A stretch of 64,000 nucleotides of DNA from the NCBI RefSeq assembly GCF_009914755.1, contig NC_060931.1, one strand, 5' to 3'. The stretch is from the human T2T-CHM13v2.0 reference genome, Homo sapiens. This document shows, piece by piece, positions 41,263-54,870 of the stretch. The translations under genes and the position numbers were made by a program. Each line of letters begins with the position of its first letter. Position 1 is the stretch's first letter. The notes beneath the pieces were generated by a model, which was given only the letters and a program-made list of their open reading frames with translations, ran no database searches and was not told where the DNA came from.

Positions 41263-41298
<36 letters not shown>
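41263..41298. repeat. (TG)18 microsatellite
   Basis: Perfect dinucleotide run. Confidence 0.97.
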
Positions 41299-41299
<1 letters not shown>

Positions 41300-41969
41300 A
41301 TGTTTTCTTACTCGTTGACTTGCTCTTCCAGGAGAAAAGAAATTTAGCTACTTGAAAAAAAGGCACTTAACTTTTATGAATGCCATTATAGAAATAACTT
41401 ACTGGGATTAAAAAGTGAAATTCTAAAATCTGGGAAGACTTAAAATGTCTTAGAAATTCCATAACTTTCAGATTTTGTCTATAAATTGATTCTAAACACT
41501 GAAAACCAATAACTGCATACTTTTTTTTCCAATGGAGAGCTGTGACTATAATTTTTTCTCAAAGCTTTCAGTGATATAACCCTTGTGCTACTCATAAAAA
41601 AGCTAAAGAGATTGTTTTTTCTTACATTGTACTGATTGTTCAACATCATGTCTTCCTTCAGTTTTTTCATATGTCATCAACTCTGAAATACTATTTTTCT
41701 TTTTGTTTTAATTGCCTTCTACATAATTGAGAGAAAAAAGTATTTTTACTTCACTATAATCCTGTTGCTTAGTCATTATGTATATCCATTTCATTCTTTC
41801 TCTAGAAGACATTCTTGGGGGCTTTTTGAATTTTGAGTGATTGTTTTCTAGACCTGTTACACAGCTAATGTTCTGAGAATTATTTTCAAAGAACTCTTAA
41901 GTTGGTTTTGACATTCTTTATTACTGCTATCTTTCTTTTTTGATCCTCTCAATTCTTATTTTGTTAGAG

Positions 41970-42200
41970 TACTACTTGATATCTCTACATGGATGTCTCA
42001 TAAACATCTCAAATTTTTCTGCTAGTCTTGCTCTACCCACCGTCTTCTGCATCTTTATTTATGGCAAGTCCATCTTTCCCGTTGCTCAGGACACAAATCT
42101 TGAAACTACAGTTGACTGTCTCACAGTCCACATCTCACTCAACAGGAATTGCTGTAGCTTTACTGCCAAAATAAGTCAGAACCTAACCAGACTTCTACTG
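41970..42200 (+). mobile_element. L2 fragment
   Basis: 'ctacttgatatctctacatggatgtctcataaacatctcaaa...tccatctttcccgttgctcaggacacaaatcttga'. Confidence 0.7.
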
Positions 42201-42469
42201 AAGCCATGAGCAGCATCAAAGTGGTACCCATACTACTGTCCTAGAATTGCACATGACCAAGTAACTTTGTTTTCATGACCAAACTGGAACTTGAAAGGAG
42301 ATATTCAGGCTAGTAGCATGTCTTCATACATTCTGTGTTGAATATGAAATTTTCCCTCTTCGAAGATCCTTGATGGCATTTGCTAGCTATTTTCAAATAA
42401 TTTAGGGACTGTCAGAAGTAATTTTTGGAGTTCACATGATTTATTATTTATTTGTATAGAAACTTAGTT

Positions 42470-42660
42470 CATAAGGCACTATACATGATTATCTCATTTG
42501 ACTTTTATAATTTTTGTTGGTATCTATTTTATCACTGTTTTGCAAGTGAAGAAACTGAGGCTCAGATACTACATTATTTGAGCTAATCTTGTTAATGGTG
42601 ATGTCTTCAGAATTTAAATCTGATTTTTCTGTTTCTAAATTTTATTTTCTTTCTGTCATT
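42470..42660 (-). mobile_element. MIR
   Basis: 'acatgattatctcatttga...ttttgcaagtgaagaaactgaggctcaga'. Confidence 0.65.
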
Positions 42661-43904
42661 TCTGTCCTCTAGGAGACAGAATTAGGAAACAATTATAAGT
42701 CTGAACTTATAGATAGAGGATCCTGTTGAACAAAGATGGACACTCTCCTAATTAGAGCCATCCGATGTTAGAATGTGCTGAAAACCCACCGTCTTTGAGT
42801 CACATTCTAACATTCAACACTCCCTACCTCTACCTCCTCTCCCACTCTGGCCAGGAATACTATGGGAGTTCCCCTTTGGCTAGATGACGCCTTCCATATT
42901 TTCTTTCAGAGATGAGATTCTATTATTTACAAAGGCCCATGGGCATGTCTGCTTCTGTAAGAACCCATTACATCAGAAATATAACCAGGCCTCTTGCAAT
43001 CCCATTTTAATAGAACTATTTTAATTAAATAATTGAAACATCTACATTACTAGTCATGAGTACTTCTGCCTTGTTTATTAATTCTTTAATGTTTGTATTA
43101 TTGTCTTCCATCCTATAGTAGGCCAGTATATTTAAAATGAAGGCTAAAGAAATTTTCTGATAAATAATTGGAAAATATTTTGTTTATTTTACATTGCCAA
43201 ATGGCATACATCTATTAATTTTGTTTTTTTCCTTCATCTAGAGTACTCACAGTTTTTATATTAAAATCTAAATGAAGCAAATAATTTCTGCCAATTTTAT
43301 GATTGAATTTTTTTGTTTGACAGTTTTTATATATTAATAATGCATGGCCTTTCCATCAGCTTTACAATTTTTGTTTGGGATTTTTTAATATGTGGGAGAA
43401 TATATTTTTATTATATAGCTTTTAAAATCTGATACAGGAATAAAATTCACTTTAGTTTTATGAATACACATGAAGTAATTCCTATCTTTTATCTCAAAGT
43501 TTTTTCAACCCAGTAAAGCCATTTAAAACTTTTTTCCCTTCAGATTCATTTGTGATGTCATTTGTTATATCAGCCCCATGTTAAAAGAGGGCTGATAGTT
43601 TCCATTAGTGGGCTTATCATACTTTATATAATGTTTCCTTGTCGTATTACTTTCAATTCAGCTTTCAAAGTTATCTACAAAGAGTTTTCACTTTGACTCT
43701 GACTTCACACAGCAACAGGATAACTTAGTGGCTTTCCTCTATATTTTACCATTACAATGAGTGAAAATAGCTGATAGTTAGAAATTGTTTGATACTGCCA
43801 GGAAGAAAACATGTCCAGTGTCCAATTTCCATACTCATACTTCCATTCTCAAGAATGTGGCAGTGAAGGAATATTCTCCTTTTAGAATTAAGCTGGTCTA
43901 TATT

Positions 43905-44062
43905 CAAGCCACGGTGTGCATGATGTCAGGGATGTACCTTACCTGACAATTGTGATCCCCTTGTTGGGGGTATTTACACCTTGGAACCAGCAAATACTAA
44001 AGATCAGGACTCTCCTATCACCCCAAAGAGCCATTTGTTAAACATTTACCAGCACAGCACTT
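43905..44062. mobile_element. MER63-like hAT fragment
   Basis: Ends 'agagccatttgttaaacatttaccagcacagcact', like the MER63 terminus. Confidence 0.6.
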
Positions 44063-44196
44063 GTTCAAGCACATTGAATTTATGTTACTTTGCTCAAGAT
44101 ATTTAACCTCAAGATATTTAGCCTCATTTTCTATCTCTATAAAATAGTGGCAAGCTAGTACTCTACCTACATCACTCATTTTTCAATTTGGATCAC

Positions 44197-44487
44197 TTTT
44201 TTTTTTGAGACAGAGTCTCGTTCTGTTGCCTAGGCTGGAGTGCAACAGCGATCTCTGCTCACTGCAACCTCTGCCTCCTGGGTTCAGGCGATTCTCCCTG
44301 CCTCAGCCTCCTGAGTAGCTGGGATTACAGGCACCTGCCACCGTGCCCAGCTAATGTTCATATTTTTAGTAGAGACGAGGTTTTGCCATGTTAGCCAGGC
44401 TGGTTTTGAGCTCCTGAACTCAGGTGATCCATCCACCTGAGCCTCCCAAAGTGCTGGGATTACAGGGGTGAGCCACCACGCCCGGCC
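44197..44487 (-). mobile_element. AluS, full length
   Basis: Poly-T, dimer, ends 'gagccaccacgcccggcc'. Confidence 0.93.
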
Positions 44488-45797
44488 AATAACTCTTAAC
44501 ATAGTATGGTACTTAGCATTTGGTGAATGGCCATAATAATAATGAGACTGATAAAAATTATCATTTCAAACACAAATAGATTGTTAAGTGTTAATTTATA
44601 GGACTGCTTTCCTCACTGTTAGCTAAATAGCAAGAGGAACAAGTTTGCAAAACAGTAGGGGAAACTTCATCTATCTTTAGGTGGAAATAGTCTTGGTGAG
44701 TTTTAACTTACTTTGGTTTAATTCAGATCTATTTTTTGTATTTATCAGAAGGCAAACCACCATGATAAACAGAGAGAGGAGGATGTTTTGCATTTTGTTG
44801 CCTGTTTCCTTTTGTTTCTTCTCAGTGAGTAAAACAGTTCTCGAAATAAGCATCAATGTTTTTTTAGCCTGTATTTTTATTCCTTCTATCATCACAGGCT
44901 TATTTACTTGCATACAGAATACAAATATTTGTATATACATATATGTATTATTAGTATTGTATTTATTATTGTAGCAGGTTGAGGAATAAATGGGAAGTCA
45001 GAAATTGAAGATACACAAGGAAGTCAGCAATTCTAGCCCAGCGAACACAGCAGCAAGAACACTGCTCCCCTGAACTCTGGGGAGCTTTCTTATGTGTGTT
45101 ATTTTGGTTTCTCCTGTCTTTCTCCTTGTAATGATCAGTGATGGAAATCAGCCAGTGTGGATATTCTTAGAGCTGAGATGCTGAGCTGCTTTTTATTCCC
45201 TGGCTTGAGGCTTGAACGCACAAAGTCTCCAGGGAAGAGTGGGTTGGAGTAGCTACCTAAGGAGAAGGAATAAGTTAAATCTCTGGGGCCTTTGGCTATA
45301 AAGCAAAGGAATACAGAGTAGGCTGGTGTCGGCCTGCAGATCAGCCCTGAGGCTGATCAGAAGGGGCTCTGGTGAGGTTTTCTGACATATGGAGCAGTTG
45401 GAGAAATCCGGTGATAAAAGGAAGAAGGGGGTGTTTCAGTAGCTTGAGGAGAAGGTAACAGGCAAGAGAAAATCAAGGATGCAGGATGTGAAATCAAATG
45501 ATGGAACTTTCTGGCTTAATGCAGACCATCTGGCTATCTTATCTTTAAACCAATGATTTCTCAGACATTTTTCATCTTATATCTACAATGACCACATGTC
45601 CCTGAGTTTTTACGATAGGCCAGATTTCAAATATTTCTGCCCATTGTTAGGCTCTTGGTCCCAAATTGAGATTGGAAAATATGATCATTATTCTTACATT
45701 CCCTCCCCCAACTTCTGTTACCTTTGTCACAGGCATTTGAGGCAAGCCCGTGGAAGCCTCCAACTGGTTAACAGCATCGTTAGGCAGCTGTCCACAG

Positions 45798-46005
45798 CAG
45801 TGGGTCTCAAACCTGACCGTGTATCAGAATCATCTGGTGCCATCAGTTAAAATACTGCTTTCTGTGGCACCTGCCTCATCCTTCTAGCCCCAGAAATTCG
45901 GATTCATTTGGATGTGAGAGATCTTCAGATTATTTGTGTTTTTAGCAGGTGTCCCATGTGCTCATGAGACGTGTGTCCCTTGGGGCAGGTTTTTGGAAAT
46001 CAGTG
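45798..46005. mobile_element. MER5B-like hAT MITE
   Basis: 'cagtgggtctcaaacctgaccgtgtatcagaatcatctgg...ccccagaaattcggattca...ttttggaaatcagtg'. Confidence 0.6.
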
Positions 46006-46054
46006 TGCCAATTAGTGCCTTTCACATCTTTATCTGATCATTCAAACTTCTTAC

Positions 46055-46220
46055 AACAGGGCTTCTCATACTTGGGCTTTGACTTAACGGTGATCTTTGA
46101 ACTTCTGAAACTTGATGATAAATTTGTGAGTATGGGTTCTTCAGCAGTTCCTGGGAGAGGACCTCAGCTTTCATCAAGCTCTCACTGGTGGTAATGCCCA
46201 AAACAGTTACAAACCCAAGG
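46055..46220. mobile_element. MER103-like hAT-Charlie fragment
   Basis: 'cagggcttctcatacttggg...ttcctgggagaggacctcagctttcatcaagctctca...cccaaaacagttacaaacc'. Confidence 0.5.
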
Positions 46221-46481
46221 CTGCTCGGTCAGCAATATGAAGACCATCCAAAATGTGGAAGCTACTTTTTTCATTGATCTCAGACTTAACTGCCCTCATG
46301 TTTGTTGTGGTTGTTTTTTTTTTTTTTTTTTTTTTTTCATCTTCTGAAAACTAATTTCTGGCTAAAATTCACACACATATATGCATACTGCTATACCCAC
46401 CCACTGGTGACTTATTCTTAAAATGATGACTTCTTTCAGACCAGTATTTTCAGTTTTATCAGCCAATAACACTTAATAGGA

Positions 46482-46518
46482 TGTGTGTGTGTGTTTGTGT
46501 GTGTGTGTCTGTGTGTGT
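46482..46518. repeat. (TG)n, interrupted
   Basis: Read directly from sequence. Confidence 0.85.
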
Positions 46519-47483
46519 CTTTGAAGGGTGGCTGGCTGTCGGGGTGGGAAGATCTAATTAGGCCTCACTGTTTTCTCAACCATCCTCTCTTCCCTCTCTC
46601 CCTGACTTTCCACATGCATCCCCCAAAACAGGTTCTGAGCCTGTGATACCATGAAACCCCATCTGGTTTAAACCTTGGGCTAATATTCTGCAGCTGTGTT
46701 GCCTAAGCTGTAGGGAGACTTTTTCCTTGACAAGCATTTGTGGTTTAGGGAGCCAAACAATTGATTGGAAACTTCAGGGCTATGAGTTCTAACTCTTGGT
46801 CTGCTCTGACACAGTGTGTGACCTTGGGCGATTCATTTGATCTCTGTCCAAACTCTCTGATGCTTGATAACAGGATTTTCTAGAAATCTCCCTGCCAGTA
46901 AAGACATATGGAACCACTCCTTGGTGCCACAAGGGAAGGCTACACTTCATTATCTCTCAGGCTTTTAACTCTCTTTCTCCATTTGCCCATCTCTCCATGC
47001 CAGGGACTCCATAGTTTTTTCTAAGTCTTAGAAACACGTTCCTACTTTTCTTTCCCAAAATACATCAGCAATGCTACTCTATTTCAGTCATCCCCAGGAT
47101 TTTAGACTTTGTCCGTAAATATTTATCCCATAATACTAAATTACCCAGACTGCTTTGGAACAGGGAATTGTGCAGAACTGGACTCTGCCCTTAATTTCAC
47201 ATGGCTACTGTAAATAGGAGAGCTGCATTTCTCTCTCATTTTTCTGTATTCTACAAGTACAATTTATTGTTTTATGAGCCTCCACAAATCATTTTATACT
47301 CCCTCTTCTTTTTAACATCTCCTTTTATAGAAAATTATTAAGTTAATAAATTTTATTAAAAGCAATACAATTCCAAGAATTTTTTTGTAGAAAATATGTA
47401 CTATTTTAGCTTTTGGACTTCGTTAGAAGATTATTTACTCAGATAATAATCTTAAACTTGCCTTTTAAGTTTTAGGAATGATC

Positions 47484-47534
47484 ACACACATGTGCACGCA
47501 CATGCACTCATACACACACATACACACACACACA
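47484..47534. repeat. (CA)n-rich imperfect repeat
   Basis: Read directly from sequence. Confidence 0.75.
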
Positions 47535-48554
47535 TTCCAGTGTGTAATCAATAATTTTTTGGGATGGCATACGAGAGAATTATGTTTTGTAAGCTTTTAT
47601 AATGACTGGTTCCTCATTTTAGAACAAGGCTGAAGAAATAGAGTTGTAAATATTTCTTTCTTACTTTCTTCTGCTTTCTGCCTCAAGATTCTATGTCTCT
47701 CTGGGATACTGGGTTTTGATATTTTAATCACTTTATTTCTGTTAATGTTAATTAAGGGTTCTTGGGCCAAAATACCAAGAAGGGTCAGTATGTGGTTCAT
47801 AGTAAATCAATCAAATGGACATGCGTTAAACAGGTCATGGGCCAATTTCTGTTGTGTGTCATATGTCAGACAGTCTCTGGCTTGGAGTGATTTACTGGTT
47901 ACTCTTCCTGGAAGGAGAACGTTGCTTCCCTGGCACTTCCCTCCATCTCCTCCCAGTCCACATGGGGCTGAGACAGAGCACCCACCTCAGGCCTCCTCCC
48001 CCAGTATCTTCCTCTTGCTCTAGGCTATCCTCTCCTCTTTCTCCACCAGGACCTTTTTTAGGTAATCGCCAAACTGGAAATGGTTTGATAACCTCTTATC
48101 TATATGTTATTATTTCTGTGAAAAGGAAGACGTATATTAAAGTAACAGTAATAGTTAACACTTATTTTTAACTCTGTGCTAGTCCTTTTTACAGTACTTA
48201 ACATGTAATTTTACATTTAATCATCACAATAACCATGTGAAGATGTGTATGCTTATATACCTACTATATATTAATAGATGAAGAATGAAAAAGCATTAAG
48301 CCGATTTTCCTAGAATCACAGGATAAGTGAAGGCAATCTGATTTGAGACCTTGTGTGCTTAATTAACTAATGTGCTGATAAGCTGCCTTTTTGAAAAACA
48401 GCCAAATGCACCTCTATATGCGGTTTTAAACTGCGATGGTTAGACTCCTATCACGAGTAGAACTGCTCTTTGGATAAAAGGAAAGTCGGGAGTGAGGAAA
48501 TCAAGTAGGTAGGGCCCCTGACTTCCCTCCTCTGTCTCTGTAAAACGTTTCTGT

Positions 48555-48558
<4 letters not shown>

Positions 48559-48600
<42 letters not shown>
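48559..48600. repeat. (AC)21 microsatellite
   Basis: Perfect dinucleotide run. Confidence 0.97.
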
Positions 48601-48601
<1 letters not shown>

Positions 48602-50021
48602 ACAAACACGCCAAGCTGAGCAGACCTTCTTTTATCTGTTTTCACAATGGACTTCCAAGTAATGTTTCATTTGAAGAGTTTCTCTGTAAAAAACAAACAC
48701 ACTTTGAAAATGACTGCCTGCTACAACCCCACTTATCATAGTGCATTCTTATCTTTCCCCCCCAGTTGAAAATGCTGATGTAACTCAGATGTTAGCTGAG
48801 GTCATCCTTGTCTCTGAGGTCACTCTGTCCTTTGAGATTGAAATAAAATTGCCTCAATCCCCCATTTCATATCTCCTAAAAGGTTCCAATGCCATCCCCC
48901 AGATTTCTGCACATTCTCGGACCTATTCTCATGGGTAGTTCTTCCTGGCGAACTCTTGACCTGACTGCATCTTACCTCCTCCGGCTGCATTTTTCTCTGT
49001 GCTCCATGCTGACCTAGACGTGGAACTCAATCCTTTTTCCTTAACACGCAACCCCCTTCATCCCCACTTCACTCCCACAGAGAACTGTTCGTGAAGATTT
49101 TCAGGGCAGTAGGTGAAGGTTTATATCCCAGCAAAACATTTAAATAGGGTATCAGGATCCATGTTCTTAAAAATTCTGAAGCCACTCTGCCACTGGAAGG
49201 TTCTTCTTGACTGCATTATTACGCCTTACCAAGTTGGGCACCCCTCACTCCCTCACCTCCTCTTCCTCCTCTTCCTTCTCCTCCTCTTTCTTTTTCTCCT
49301 TGCCATCCATCAGTTCAAAATTCGTCTTCATTTCTTCAGTGAGGCTTTGATTGCTGCTTCCTTCTTACCCATGCCTCCTTGAGCCTCACCTCTTTTACCC
49401 CAGGCAACTCATTAGGGTATTTTTCTAAACAAAGACAGTTTTCTCTCCAGGAGAAACTGTGGTGCAAACTATTAAAATAAATTTATTAAGATGAAATCCC
49501 CCAGCCCCTGCAACATTAACACAGTATAGCGGATTGGCGGGGTTTAAGCAGGCTGATTAGCAAGCCCCATCAGAAGCTAACTTAAACCCTCACCGTAGAA
49601 CAGTCAGGGTCCATGTGCAGGACAGGTGAATGATTGATTGCTTTTTCCATGAACAATTTATTAGGAGTGATTTTAAAAAATTAAGCAATTGCTCAGCATC
49701 AAGCATGGTGTGAAGCACTTCACATTCTTTATTTAATTGAAATTCACACCCTGTGAAGTACATATTTGTATTTTCTTTTAACTAATGGTAAAAGTTAAGC
49801 AATTTACCCAAAAGTCACAGCATTAGAAAGTAGTACAGCCTTTGATAGGCCCTGCAAGGACCCTCCTTGTTCTTAACTACCATACCAGGGCATTCAACCA
49901 CCTTGTGGCCAAAAGGACGTTCCTTTATCTAAATGTTCCATTCTACCTTCCAGCACTCCTTGACTCCTCAGGAAGCTTCCCCCAGACTCTGTGTTATTTT
50001 CCTGCCTTTAAAGAGACTTTC

Positions 50022-50333
50022 TTTCTTTTTTCTTTCTTTTCTCTCTTTTTTTTTTGGAGATGGAGTCTCACTCTGTCACCCAGGCTGGAGTGCGGTGGTG
50101 TGATCTTGGCTCACTACAACCTCCGCCTCCCAGGTTCAAGCGATTCTCCTGCTTCAGCCTCCTGAGCAGCTGTGACTACAGGCGTGTGCCTAATTTTTTT
50201 TTTTTTTGTATTTTTGGGAGAGGTGAGGTTTCACTGTGTTAACCAGGATGGTCTCGATCTCTTGACCTCGTGATCCACCCGCCTCAGCCTCTCAAAGTGC
50301 TGGGATTATAGGCATGAGCCACTGAGCCCGGCC
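50022..50333 (-). mobile_element. AluSc/Sg-like
   Basis: 'ccaggatggtctcgatctcttgacctcgtgatcc'; small deletion before the middle T-tract; AGAGACTTTC on both flanks. Confidence 0.9.
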
Positions 50334-50474
50334 CAGAGAGACTTTCATAGAATTTTAGGAGTATAGCTATTTTCAGCTTTCTCCTGGGAATGTGTGCTTT
50401 CTGCAGGATTCAGGAAAGAATGAAATGTGCTAAGTAAACATTTTTACAGACAATAATGAGAAAACTTATGGGGA

Positions 50475-50645
50475 ATGGGTTCTTGGGGTCAGACAAACAC
50501 GGGTCCAAATCCTAGTTCTGGGTCTTATTGTGTGTCCTATGCCAAGTTGCTTATCTTTACTGAGCTTCCATTTCTGTATAACATGCACAATCATACCTGC
50601 TTCTCTAGCTCAGTGCTTGGCACACGGAAAATGCTCAATAAATAC
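50475..50645 (+). mobile_element. MIR
   Basis: 'tggggtcagacaaacacgggtccaaatcctagttctg...caagttgcttatctttactgagcttccatttc...gtgcttggcacacggaaaatgctcaataaata'. Confidence 0.7.
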
Positions 50646-50916
50646 TAGTTCCTTTCCCCGTGCATGTCTAGTTAAAGTTTTCATATCAGCATATTTACCG
50701 AGTATTTGTTCAAAACATCAAGTAGTTTCAACACTGCAAGTTGAAGGAAGGCAATATGATGAAAATGTTTTATTTTTCCAGTTTTCCTTATATTTTTATG
50801 TGCATTGCAAAGGTATTGCAAAGTGCCAACAAGGGGAGGCCTTTTATCCCACTCCTACTTTTGGTGAAGATTGAAAGGCATGTAGACAAAGAAGAGGATG
50901 TGGAGTCAAGACCCAT

Positions 50917-51612
50917 TGTTACTGGTGGAAGGTGTCCAGATTCTTGGTGTTTTGAAGAAAGAATTAGACAAAATGCACAAACAAAGCAAGGAAAGAATGA
51001 AGCAACAAAAGCAGAGATGTATTGAAAATGAAAGTATGCCCCACAGTGTGGGAGTGGTCCTGAGCAGCCATTCAAGGGCTGTGGATACAGAATCTTCTTG
51101 GGTCCAAATACCTGCTAGAGCTTTCCTATTGGCCATTTGGTGTTCATCCCATGTAAATGAAGTGGTGGCCCACAATCAGTCTGATTGGTTGTGGAAAGCA
51201 ACCAATCAGAGGCTGAAGTGAAGTTACAAAGGTCACATTCCTACGCAAACATCTGATTGGTTGTGGAAAGCAACCAATCAGAGGCTAAAATGAAGTTACA
51301 AAGTTGCACTTCTGTGCAAACAAAGACTTGGCCCACAATCAGTCTGATTGGTTGCAGACAGCAGGCTGAAGTGAAGTTTCAAAGTTACACTCCTATGAAA
51401 ATATCTGATTGGTTGCAAAAAGCAACCAATCAGAGGTAGTTTCAGTTTCCCATCTGCCTTGCAGAAAAGGTGGGGGTTTGCAAAGGGAGTAGCTTCTGGT
51501 CCTTTTGTTACTTAGGCATGGAAAGTTAGGGTTTTCCTTTCAATTTAGTTCTAGGAAGTCAGTGTGAAACAGCCTTAGGTTCCCTGCCTCCAGACACTAT
51601 TCTCCTGCCTCA
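50917..51612 (-). mobile_element. Solo ERV1 LTR, MER51-like
   Basis: TG...CA termini; 4-bp TSD CCAT (50913-50916, 51613-51616); minus strand begins TGAGGCAGGAGAATAGTGTCTGGAGGCAGGGAACCTAAGG; internal CCAAT repeats. Confidence 0.88.
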
Positions 51613-51819
51613 CCATGACATGAAACTTCTCTGCCAGGGCTAAATGGCAGGAGGGCTCTCTAAATGTGTCTGGCAGGAATTGAGTACAGCATTGACATCC
51701 TCAAATTGAAACATGTGGCCTGCATTTATTTGAATATAACAGTTATTGCCTTTTGGACTTCGGGTTTCATGTTATCAATGCTTACTATATTGAGTGGTTT
51801 TATATTTAAATGTATTGTG

Positions 51820-52040
51820 CAGTAGGGTCCCCCCTTATCTGTAGTTTTGCTTTGTGTAATTTTGGTTGCTGAAATCAACTCTAATTGGAAAATATGATAT
51901 GCAATAAGATATTTTGAGAGAGAGAGACCATATCCACATATCTGTTATTACAGTGTATTGTTATAATTGTTCTATTTTAATAACCTAAACTTTCCACTGG
52001 GGTTTTGGGACATATCCCCCTTGGATAAAGGGGACTACTG
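51820..52040 (+). mobile_element. MER44-like TcMar-Tigger MITE, internally deleted
   Basis: TIRs CAGTAG(G)GTCCCCCTTATC...GATAAAGGGGACTACTG; internal 'gagagagagaccata...ttattacagtgtattgttataattgttc'. Confidence 0.8.
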
Positions 52041-52449
52041 CAAATGTTTTGTTGTTTAAATAGGCTTATTGAAATGCAAGGTGCTCATCAGAGGTATGCT
52101 AGGCGGTTGGATCATTTAGCACCAGTCCAGTGATTTGTCAAATGTCTCCCTCAATAACCATACTCACAAAACATCTACACTGTTCTCGTTTAGAACCACT
52201 GGTTTTGTAGCTGTGATTCAGTAATCAGAGTATGCCATTTAAATTGGGGGTTCCTGTCAGGTGGGACATCTAGATCAGGCCCTCTGGCCAGATGAGAGCA
52301 CACTCAGGAACGCCTGCCATCTTGAATGGAAAGATCTCACCTGACGTTGAATCCTGCTCTTTTCTTAACACCAACAACTGCAAGTTTAAATGAAGTGTGT
52401 GTACAAGATAAAATAATGTTCCTCCTTTCAGGTTTTTAATTATCTCTGA

Positions 52450-52762
<313 letters not shown>

Positions 52763-54689
52763 AGGATTTACTCTGTTTCAGCATCCTCGTTTTACAGCAC
52801 TGGTTCCCAAATCTCACTGTCCATCATGCCTGCCAGACTCTTAGGTTCCTCCTCATAGGTTCTGACTGAGTTAACTTGGGATGGAATGCAGGAACCCTGG
52901 CCTTTCCAAAGCTCCTTCTTGAGTATTTCAGCGCAGTTCATGCCTATCTTTCAAACAGCTACATACAGCCGACACTTACTAAGCATAATTTATGTGGTTT
53001 GAAACAATGAATGATAGAGAAAAACCTGTGTGCTGCTCTTCAAGGCATGTCAGATCTAAATAATTTAGCCAGTCATTAGACATGACAGAATCTGTCACAC
53101 AGAGTAAGTAATAAACCAGGAGTGAGGGTAGATGCTCTCCCTGAGAGTTGTCAGAGGGTCAGGGGAGACTCTCAGATGAAGAGCTTTGAGGAAAGCCTTG
53201 AAAGTAGACTCTGAGTTTGCCTCACAGACAAGAGGCAGAGGGCTTTTAGGATATAGCAATGAAAATAATGTGTGTGGATCTCAAATAATCCTATGTGGCA
53301 GGAATAGGGGGCTGGATAACGGCAGGAGGAGGTGGTCAATTTTGAAGGCCATTATAGAGGGAGAATATGTTACTCGAGGTCATGTCATCTGTGAGTAACT
53401 GAGATGGGAATAAAGTTAATTTATTTGAGAAGGGGCCAGGGAAAGTTATTGTTCAGAATTAGTGATGAGAGTTAATGACTGCCTCCTCTGTCAGGTTTAT
53501 GTATTAAGAAATACCAGTTTTTAAATCTATATGTTTTATCCGTATGTAAATTACATGTAACTTTTTGCATATGGATAAATTTTATATTACATGTAAAATT
53601 ACCCTGGAAGGATAATGTTCATGACTCTTGAAAAGATCTGTTAATCCACAAGAGGAGCTCATTTTGTGACCTGCAGAGTTGCAGTGAGAAGCTACAGGGT
53701 TTGAAAGGAGACATTCTAAATTTTTGAGGCCAATTTCATTGGAGAAATAAAAGCCTAGCACTTCAGGAGAGAACGGTTTTGGGGATTACCAGCCTGTATT
53801 GCCATTGACTCCTGACTTCTTGCTTCATGATTTTAAATTTATACTAAGGCATGGAACACTCCTCACTTCCTCCTCAACCAGCCAGAGCGATCCTACGCTT
53901 TGCGCCTCCCATCACTTCCTCCAAACTGTTCTTTATGCTACAGGGAAACCTGTCTCCTGTGAGCTGCTTTCTCATTTCATCTACTATTTCTCCTTCAGTG
54001 ATGTTCCTTAGCACAAACCCAAAGTCTTGTAATACCAGCTACGTATGAAGTCACAACACAGAGGGAAGCCCCTGCCCTGCTTCCCGTTGACCCTCTGGAA
54101 GTGGGGAACTGGGTCCTTTTCTTCTTCATCCATGGCTTGATTAGTTGACATTATAAAATACCTGCTATCTGCTCACAGTCGCCTGACCCAATGGAGAACA
54201 GAGATGCTATTTCAGAAGAAAGAGCGACCAACAGAAAGGATAAGCAGAAACTAAAAAATAGTAGGACCTCTTTTTGTAATATTGTTTTTGGTTAAAAAAA
54301 AGATTTTGCCTGTGCATAATGGAATATTGGAACTTAGATGCTATCCTATCTCAGTAAATGGAGAAGAGCACTCTTAGGACATGAGCATAATAAATGTTAA
54401 AAAAACAAAAACATGAAGTAACTTTTTCTGACTAACTGTATGCCAATAACTTTCTGAATCCTCATGACAGAAAGACAATATGATACATCTCCTGTCCCCC
54501 AAAAGGGCTCTCAGTCTAATAGAAAAGGTAAATTTATAGCAAATACTTTAAAAGTTGTATAATAAAGTATATTCAAGATTCTGAGCTAACACAGTGGGGA
54601 TTTATAAACTGGTCTGTGTGTCTTTGTGTTTGTGTGTGTAGATGTATATGAGACCCACACACGGGGTCGGGGGGGTGGGTGGGAGACTC

Positions 54690-54870
54690 GTTAATTTTGT
54701 ACAAAAATCTTATGATATGGGTGTCAGTATCTCTGTTTATAGATTAGAAAATTGAGACTCAGAGTGGCTGTGTGATTTGACCACATCATCTAGTACGTGG
54801 TTACTTGACATTCTTACCCAAATCTTTCTGACTGTAAAGTCCAAAGTTATTTTATTTCATCCTACTGCTT
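54690..54870 (-). mobile_element. MIR
   Basis: 'tatctctgtttatagattagaaaattgagactcagagtggctgtgtgatttgaccacatca...cccaaatctttctgactgtaaagtcc'. Confidence 0.6.

Noticed and set aside
44093-44122. 15-bp tandem duplication CTCAAGATATTTA(A/G)C
   Set aside because: Real but trivial slippage in a MIR-like fragment.
51170-51440. CRISPR-like array of palindromic repeats with spacers
   Set aside because: The context is primate DNA, the spacers resemble each other, there are no cas genes, and the repeats lie inside an ERV1 LTR.
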